58,192 nt of DNA from Dehalococcoidales bacterium. GTDB lineage: Bacteria; Chloroflexota; Dehalococcoidia; Dehalococcoidales; UBA2162. This document shows, in pieces, positions 53,766 through 58,192 of this stretch. Made by a program: the position numbers and the translations under genes. The notes beneath the pieces are model-generated. The model ran no database searches. It was not told where the DNA came from and was given only the letters and a program-made list of their open reading frames with translations. Positions within the stretch are counted from its first letter, which is position 1. Each line of letters begins with the position of its first letter. The stretch lies in assembly GCA_037440885.1 (NCBI GenBank), contig JBBITI010000016.1, forward strand, positions 1,543-59,734. Reading direction: 5' to 3'.

Positions 53766-55544
53766 TTACCGCCACTGGTCTACTGAAGCTGTCGCCATAC
53801 AGCTGAAATCTCCCGCCATCCAGAAGGCATCGGTCCCTCCCCCCACCACTAAAATCTCAACCGTAGCATTATTCAGGATCAGCGGATGCGTTGTTTTTGC
53901 TCCTGGTGGTAATTTCAACCAGGATGCAAAAGGCTCCATCCCCTTGCGGGCAGCTTCCAGGTTGTCGGGCATCGCCGCCCAATAGGTCCAAACTGACATA
54001 CGGGCATTGTCTTTTATCCAGCGGCTTAACTGCTCCTTGCTTTGAAAACCTTCATTCTTGATATCCCGAGCGGTTATCGGACTTAAAATAAAAGTGGCCT
54101 GTGTACCTGGGTTTAAGCCCAGTGTATGATGCGTGCCGGCACCACTCATTTCAAAGCTTGTCAATTGCTCTTTCATGATTTCGTGATGCGGATGTGGTTT
54201 ATATGCTGCGTAATTTAACAGGCTCCACCCGCCTAATATGTTGACCACGCTTTCCTCGGCTTTAAAACCCTTTTGTACATGCAGGGGCTGCCATCCCTCG
54301 GGTAATGCTTCTTCATTCTCAGCACAACATAAATTATTGTAGTTCGTATTATTGCCGATATCACCCAGGTAGGTTTCCCCCGCTTTTGCTCCGCCCAGGT
54401 TTTTCGAGATCAAGGTCCATGCCCGACCAATCACTGCGTTGGCTTGATTGAAAGGGCCCAGGGCGCTCAACCCGTAATTCATCTTTATCTCGTTACGTAT
54501 CGGCCCACTCGCAACAATCATCCGGCACATCGAGGTCGCCGAACTGAATAACGAAGTTACCCCTGTCGAAGCAATTGCTAATATCACCGGAAAATGCTCC
54601 GGCCTGGCTCCGGCCATGACCGCATTAACTGCGACTTTTTCTACTGTATATTCCCAGGCTTCGTGGGGCGGCGAAGGCTGCATTGTCACCGGTAATGATC
54701 TAGCCTCATTTCCAGTCCTGGTTCCTGCACCAAGCTGCCGTACGGAACGTTCCCAGGCTTCATTGGGAGGAATCGGCTGCATTTTTCCTATTATTTCCTC
54801 CGCTTTATGGCTGGTACCCTTAAGCATCTCCGCGACTCTTTCCTCTGTGGGTAGTATGATCGGCAAACCGTCGGTCCAACCATTATCCATAAAATATTGT
54901 TCCAGATTTTGTGCTGTATCCGGTGGCAACAACCGTGGATTCGGCCGGGAAATGTTACCGGCTCTTTTTTCTTCCGGAGTGGTCGGTTTCGTCAAAGCAG
55001 TAATAATACCCTCGATCACCGGCCTGTTGTTGATAGGGTCGTTACCCAACAGGTATCTGCGGTGCACCTCGATTGTCCGGTTAGCAAAAGGATGGGGTAC
55101 AAAGGTATAACGTAATTTCGGTACTCCCTTTTTATACGCAAAATTCCTGATCAGGTCCGGGAAAGCTTCGGTTATTACCGGCGCCGTCGGTAGACCCATT
55201 TGTTCCAGTATCGAACAGAAGATGGTCACCGAAGGAGCACAGGTATCCAACTGTCCGATGCCGATAACTACCCCGTGGCCTTTTTCCTTGATTTCCGCCC
55301 ATAGCTCAGGATCATTATTGAAGTAAGTGCCCACTTTGGTCCTCAGCTCCCATTTCGTACCGGGATACCTGGCAGCAAGCAGTTTCTGCATTTCCTCGAA
55401 GAATTGATGCGTATGCGGGAAATTGACGTCGACGATATATATGGTTTTACCATCCAGGTTATCTAGCCGTGGGGCCATCGGAATCAGATGTATGGGAGGG
55501 GCTGTACCTTGCGGGCTTAAGACCTTGATTAATTTTTCTGTCAT
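53766..55544 (-). CDS. Hypothetical two-domain protein: UGSC/GrdB-C-like N-domain plus an unassigned C-domain (paralog 1)
   Basis: About 592 aa from MTEKLIKVL.. (ATG 55544 behind GGGGAGG). N-domain ..APRLDNLDGKTIYIVD...VVIGIGQLDTCAPSVTIFCSILEQMGLPTAPVI.. C-domain ..GWTDGLPIILPTEERV.., ..EKVAVNAVMAGARPEHFPVILA.. Confidence 0.65.
   Translation of the reverse strand: MTEKLIKVLSPQGTAPPIHLIPMAPRLDNLDGKTIYIVDVNFPHTHQFFEEMQKLLAARYPGTKWELRTKVGTYFNNDPELWAEIKEKGHGVVIGIGQLDTCAPSVTIFCSILEQMGLPTAPVITEAFPDLIRNFAYKKGVPKLRYTFVPHPFANRTIEVHRRYLLGNDPINNRPVIEGIITALTKPTTPEEKRAGNISRPNPRLLPPDTAQNLEQYFMDNGWTDGLPIILPTEERVAEMLKGTSHKAEEIIGKMQPIPPNEAWERSVRQLGAGTRTGNEARSLPVTMQPSPPHEAWEYTVEKVAVNAVMAGARPEHFPVILAIASTGVTSLFSSATSMCRMIVASGPIRNEIKMNYGLSALGPFNQANAVIGRAWTLISKNLGGAKAGETYLGDIGNNTNYNNLCCAENEEALPEGWQPLHVQKGFKAEESVVNILGGWSLLNYAAYKPHPHHEIMKEQLTSFEMSGAGTHHTLGLNPGTQATFILSPITARDIKNEGFQSKEQLSRWIKDNARMSVWTYWAAMPDNLEAARKGMEPFASWLKLPPGAKTTHPLILNNATVEILVVGGGTDAFWMAGDFSCMATASVDQWR
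54651..54782. repeat. Imperfect 33-bp direct repeat pair, 99 bp apart, inside CDS 53766..55544
   Basis: 54651-54683 is ttcccaggcttcgtggggcggcgaaggctgcat. 54750-54782 is ttcccaggcttcattgggaggaatcggctgcat. These encode MQPSPPHEAWE and MQPIPPNEAWE. Confidence 0.85.
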
Positions 55545-55577
55545 GATCTTTACCTCCCCTTGTTTATTTAGTAGCAT

Positions 55578-55700
55578 TTGACAAGAAATAGAGCGGGTGT
55601 TAGACTCAGCCAATAGTCATATCGGATTTATATTATACGATTATCGGATATTATCATAATATATAAAATTTGGTGAATCAAGATTTTGTTCATCACTCAG
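55578..55700. promoter_or_regulatory. AT-rich divergent control region between the two UGSC-like paralogs
   Basis: Plus strand: TTGACA (55578-55583), 17 nt, TAGACT. Minus strand: TATAAT-containing stretch. ATCGGAT occurs at 55621-55627 and 55643-55649, each followed by a T/A-rich run. Confidence 0.3.
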
Positions 55701-55745
55701 GGTAACTCCTCTCCCTTAAAAAAACTAACTGTTGAAGGGTGAAAA

Positions 55746-57506
55746 ATGAAAGGAAAAGTGTCCCTCGAATGTTTAAATCCCCAGGGTATGCTTGATTATC
55801 CAGCTCCTGTAGGACTAAAGAATCCTCGTATGCAGGATTTAGCGGGTAAAAAAATCGGTATCATCTGGGACGGGAAAAAGGGCGGAGATAATTACTGTGC
55901 TGCCGTGGAAGAACTGTTGCAGCAAAAATATCCCACCGCTATTACTTTCCGGCTCGTCTGGGGAGATGCTGCTGCAGCAGAGAAAGCCAAAAAGGAGATG
56001 GATACTTTTATTTACGGTGTGGGTGATAATGGGATGGGAGGCTGGATCCAGTGCCGGCAGGTGATCGCCCTGGAAAAACTCGGTATCCCCGGTGTTTTCG
56101 TAATCGGTGATAACGCTCTTCATACTTCTAAAATGTCAGCTGAGGATGCGGGCATGCCGGCTATCCGTATCGTCACCCTGCCTTCGATTGATTACTACCC
56201 GAACCGGTCGACGGTGGCTAATATCAAGCCGTGCGCCGCCGCCTCCATCGATCAGATCATTGACGCCCTCACGCGCCCTTTAACTCCGGAAGAGAAAAAT
56301 CCCGGGATAAGAGCTTCGAATAAACCAAACGCAACCGTTGAGTTTTCTGCTGATAGTTACGAGTCCGCTCTTGAGTTATTCAACCAATCCTATCTGGACC
56401 GCCATTGGGGGGATGGACTACCTCTGGTACCCCCCACGGAATTATCGGTAAAACGGATGCTTCTGGGAACCACCCGTACCCCGGACGAAATTATCGGCCG
56501 GATACCTTACCGTAATGGTATTGCGACGGTAGAAAAAATAGCTGTCAACGCTGTCATGGCCGGAGCAAAACCAGAGTATTTACCGGTGATTATTGCCGCG
56601 GTGGAATGCCTGGCTGAAGAAAAGACTTTTACGCATATGATGAGCTCGGAAGGCTCCTTTACCATGATGATCATGGTCAGCGGGCCGATGGGCAAAGAAA
56701 TAAACATGAATTGCGGGGTGGGTTTATTAGGCCATGGCTGGCGGGCAAATAATACCATCGGCCGGGCGGTCAGATTATGCCTGATCAACTTAGGTTACCT
56801 GTGGCCGGGGGAAATCGATATGGCATTGATCGGCCGGCCATCTCCTCATACCTTTTATACTTTTTCCGAAAACCTGGAACAAAGTCCCTGGGAAACATTT
56901 AATACAGGTTTAGGCTACGGACCTGAAGACAGTTGTGTGACAGTCTCCACCGTAACCAGCGGCGGGGGCATTGGTATGAGGATATTTGGCGGCGGAGTAG
57001 TTGAACCCTGGGATACCAGGTCGGTCCTCAACGACATCGTGAAAGATATTGCCGCTGACCGGGGCACATTTGCGCAGTATAAGGTCGGGGTTGCTAATCC
57101 AACTGCCCATCTAAGAAAGCATATTATCGTCATTCATCCTGAATTTGCCATTATGCTGCAGCGTCTCGGTTTTAAGAGCAAGCAAAGCCTGCGGGATTAC
57201 CTCTATGAGAGCACCAAAGTACCTTATGAGGAACTCAGTCCCCGCGAAATCCAGGGCATCCACGACCGGATCAATACGAAAGCTCCGGATATGGACATAT
57301 TTTATCCGCACGATGCTATTCCTGAAAAACGCCTGCCAGTGATCATCGAGTCACTAAAACCAGGGGGCAAAGTCCCGGTTGTCAATCCGGAAGATATTCA
57401 TATCGTCGTATCAGGCAGTATTCCGGGATACTCATTCGGCATGTCGTATTTCCGCACCGCACATAAGACCAGGTTGATAAAAGGAGCCGCGGCGGTAAAT
57501 CAGTGA
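55746..57506 (+). CDS. Hypothetical two-domain protein: UGSC/GrdB-C-like N-domain plus an unassigned C-domain (paralog 2)
   Basis: 586 aa. ..NPRMQDLAGKKIGIIWD...FIYGVGDNGMGGWIQCRQVIALEKLGIPGVFVI.., ..HWGDGLPLVPPTELSV.., ..EKIAVNAVMAGAKPEYLPVIIA.. SD GAAGGGTG. Confidence 0.65.
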   Translation: MKGKVSLECLNPQGMLDYPAPVGLKNPRMQDLAGKKIGIIWDGKKGGDNYCAAVEELLQQKYPTAITFRLVWGDAAAAEKAKKEMDTFIYGVGDNGMGGWIQCRQVIALEKLGIPGVFVIGDNALHTSKMSAEDAGMPAIRIVTLPSIDYYPNRSTVANIKPCAAASIDQIIDALTRPLTPEEKNPGIRASNKPNATVEFSADSYESALELFNQSYLDRHWGDGLPLVPPTELSVKRMLLGTTRTPDEIIGRIPYRNGIATVEKIAVNAVMAGAKPEYLPVIIAAVECLAEEKTFTHMMSSEGSFTMMIMVSGPMGKEINMNCGVGLLGHGWRANNTIGRAVRLCLINLGYLWPGEIDMALIGRPSPHTFYTFSENLEQSPWETFNTGLGYGPEDSCVTVSTVTSGGGIGMRIFGGGVVEPWDTRSVLNDIVKDIAADRGTFAQYKVGVANPTAHLRKHIIVIHPEFAIMLQRLGFKSKQSLRDYLYESTKVPYEELSPREIQGIHDRINTKAPDMDIFYPHDAIPEKRLPVIIESLKPGGKVPVVNPEDIHIVVSGSIPGYSFGMSYFRTAHKTRLIKGAAAVNQ

Positions 57507-57579
57507 TATAGCCCATACCAATATAAAATGATGTTTTCAAATACCAGGTGAGTGGAATTACCTTAGGAGTGTTTAATTA

Positions 57580-58192
57580 ATGCCATCACGATCTGAAATT
57601 GCCAAATATCGACGGGAGAATCACACCTTCAAGCAGCAAATCGAAGAACGCTCTGGTAAAACAGTAGCACAACTTTATCAGGAAAGAAGTGCCCGGTGCC
57701 GTGCTGCGGTTGAACTGCAGAAGCCAGATCGGGTTCCTTTCTTCTTTTTAATCGATGCCCAGTCATATGCCGGAGTTCCCAATGCCGCAGCATATTACGA
57801 CCCGCTTCAAATGAAGCGGGCAATGCGCCAGGCCGCGGTCGAACTGGAACCCGATATGGCCGAGGGCGGCTTCCCATCCTGTGGCGATGCCATGACCGAG
57901 CTGGATGTAAAAAATGTCCTGTGGCCGGGCGGACCGCTGCCTGCTGATGCTGGGATGCAAGCTGTCGAAGGCGAATACATGAAAGCAGATGAATACGACC
58001 TTTTTCTTAACGACCCTACGGGTTTTGTCATTCGCCGCTTTCTGCCTCGTGTCTATGGAGTATTACATCCTTTAACCAAGTTACCTCCCATGGATAGTAT
58101 GTTTGGCGGATTCGACGCTCTGACACCGATGTTTACCAGCCCGGAGTTTGTGGAAATGGCCAAACATGTAGCGGCAGCCGGAAAGAAAGTAG
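57580..58192 (+). CDS. URO-D/MtaA-like family protein, paralog 3 (partial; runs off the right edge)
   Basis: ATG 57580 behind TAGGAG. ..LQKPDRVPFFF.., ..VLWPGGPLPADAGMQAVEGEYMKADEYDLFLNDPTGFVIRRFLPRVYGVLHPLTKLPPM.. aligns block-for-block with paralogs 1 and 2. It is absent from the ORF track because no stop lies in the window. Confidence 0.75.
   Translation, partial: MPSRSEIAKYRRENHTFKQQIEERSGKTVAQLYQERSARCRAAVELQKPDRVPFFFLIDAQSYAGVPNAAAYYDPLQMKRAMRQAAVELEPDMAEGGFPSCGDAMTELDVKNVLWPGGPLPADAGMQAVEGEYMKADEYDLFLNDPTGFVIRRFLPRVYGVLHPLTKLPPMDSMFGGFDALTPMFTSPEFVEMAKHVAAAGKKV

Noticed and set aside
53766-57506. In-frame TGA (selenocysteine) within the UGSC-like paralogs.
   Set aside because: Both reading frames are continuous. 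The codons at the position aligned to Sec are TTG (Leu) and AAT (Asn), so these are not selenoprotein genes.
1-58192. A search by eye for CRISPR repeats, cas genes, reverse transcriptase/DGR/retron elements, restriction-modification or other known defence modules, rRNA, tmRNA and RNase P.
   Set aside because: I found no regularly spaced repeats, none of the corresponding protein motifs and no long structured non-coding stretches. The longest gaps (41452-41926, 39054-39393, 31397-31707, 11949-12251) are better explained by promoters, leaders, terminators and gene debris.

Overview
This is a 58.2-kb, gene-dense chromosomal segment with about 52 intact CDS, one tRNA and four gene remnants. Most starts sit behind strong GGAGG-type Shine-Dalgarno sites. 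I found no rRNA, CRISPR array, cas gene, reverse transcriptase or recognisable phage or defence module.

The gene content suggests an anaerobic, catabolically versatile bacterium, possibly Chloroflexota-like, but that is inference only. The relevant genes are a tungsten-type aldehyde:ferredoxin oxidoreductase, three URO-D-like paralogs, several SDR, DapA-like, enolase-superfamily and MmgE/PrpD enzymes, and a YedE/YedF module.

Layout, left to right:
- 1-371: a decayed integrase stub next to tRNA-Ser(UGA).
- 0.5-3.7 kb: a 2-hydroxyacid block (ABM, D-2-hydroxyacid dehydrogenase, HpcH aldolase, Ldh2).
- 3.9-11.9 kb: a DUF998-like membrane protein, an ADP-forming acyl-CoA synthetase alpha-type protein with no beta partner nearby, two small proteins, an APC permease, URO-D-like copy 1 and a Zn-ADH.
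- 12.0-15.0 kb: yedE-yedF-class V desulfurase-DUF3343 behind a long leader.
- 15.1-19.0 kb: SDR, birA, and an nfeD-SPFH pair.
- 19.1-24.3 kb: hisZ-hisG-hisD-hisC, with hisG as a tandem double-length gene.
- 24.4-28.5 kb: marR-mmpL, then vapBC butted against a transposase stub.
- 28.7-33.0 kb: GlcD/GlcF-like oxidase pair, an SBP gene fragment and URO-D-like copy 2.
- 33.0-39.1 kb: a minus-strand operon of zinc ribbon, AKR, AOR, MmgE/PrpD and an enolase-superfamily enzyme. AKR and AOR both carry Pro/Gly-rich C-terminal tails.
- 39.4-45.8 kb: an AT-richer accessory patch with a large lipoprotein, a bicupin-like protein, IS debris and a DUF3795 / terpene-cyclase-like / DUF7000-like trio.
- 45.9-58.2 kb: a paralog-rich cluster of esterase, beta-lactamase-fold hydrolase, two SDR, MBL, two DapA-like proteins, a divergent pair of about 590-aa UGSC/GrdB-like fusion proteins, and URO-D-like copy 3 (partial).

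The items most worth follow-up are the UGSC-like fusion pair, the shared Pro/Gly tails, and the duplicated HisG. All family assignments come from motif recognition by eye. No database search was run.
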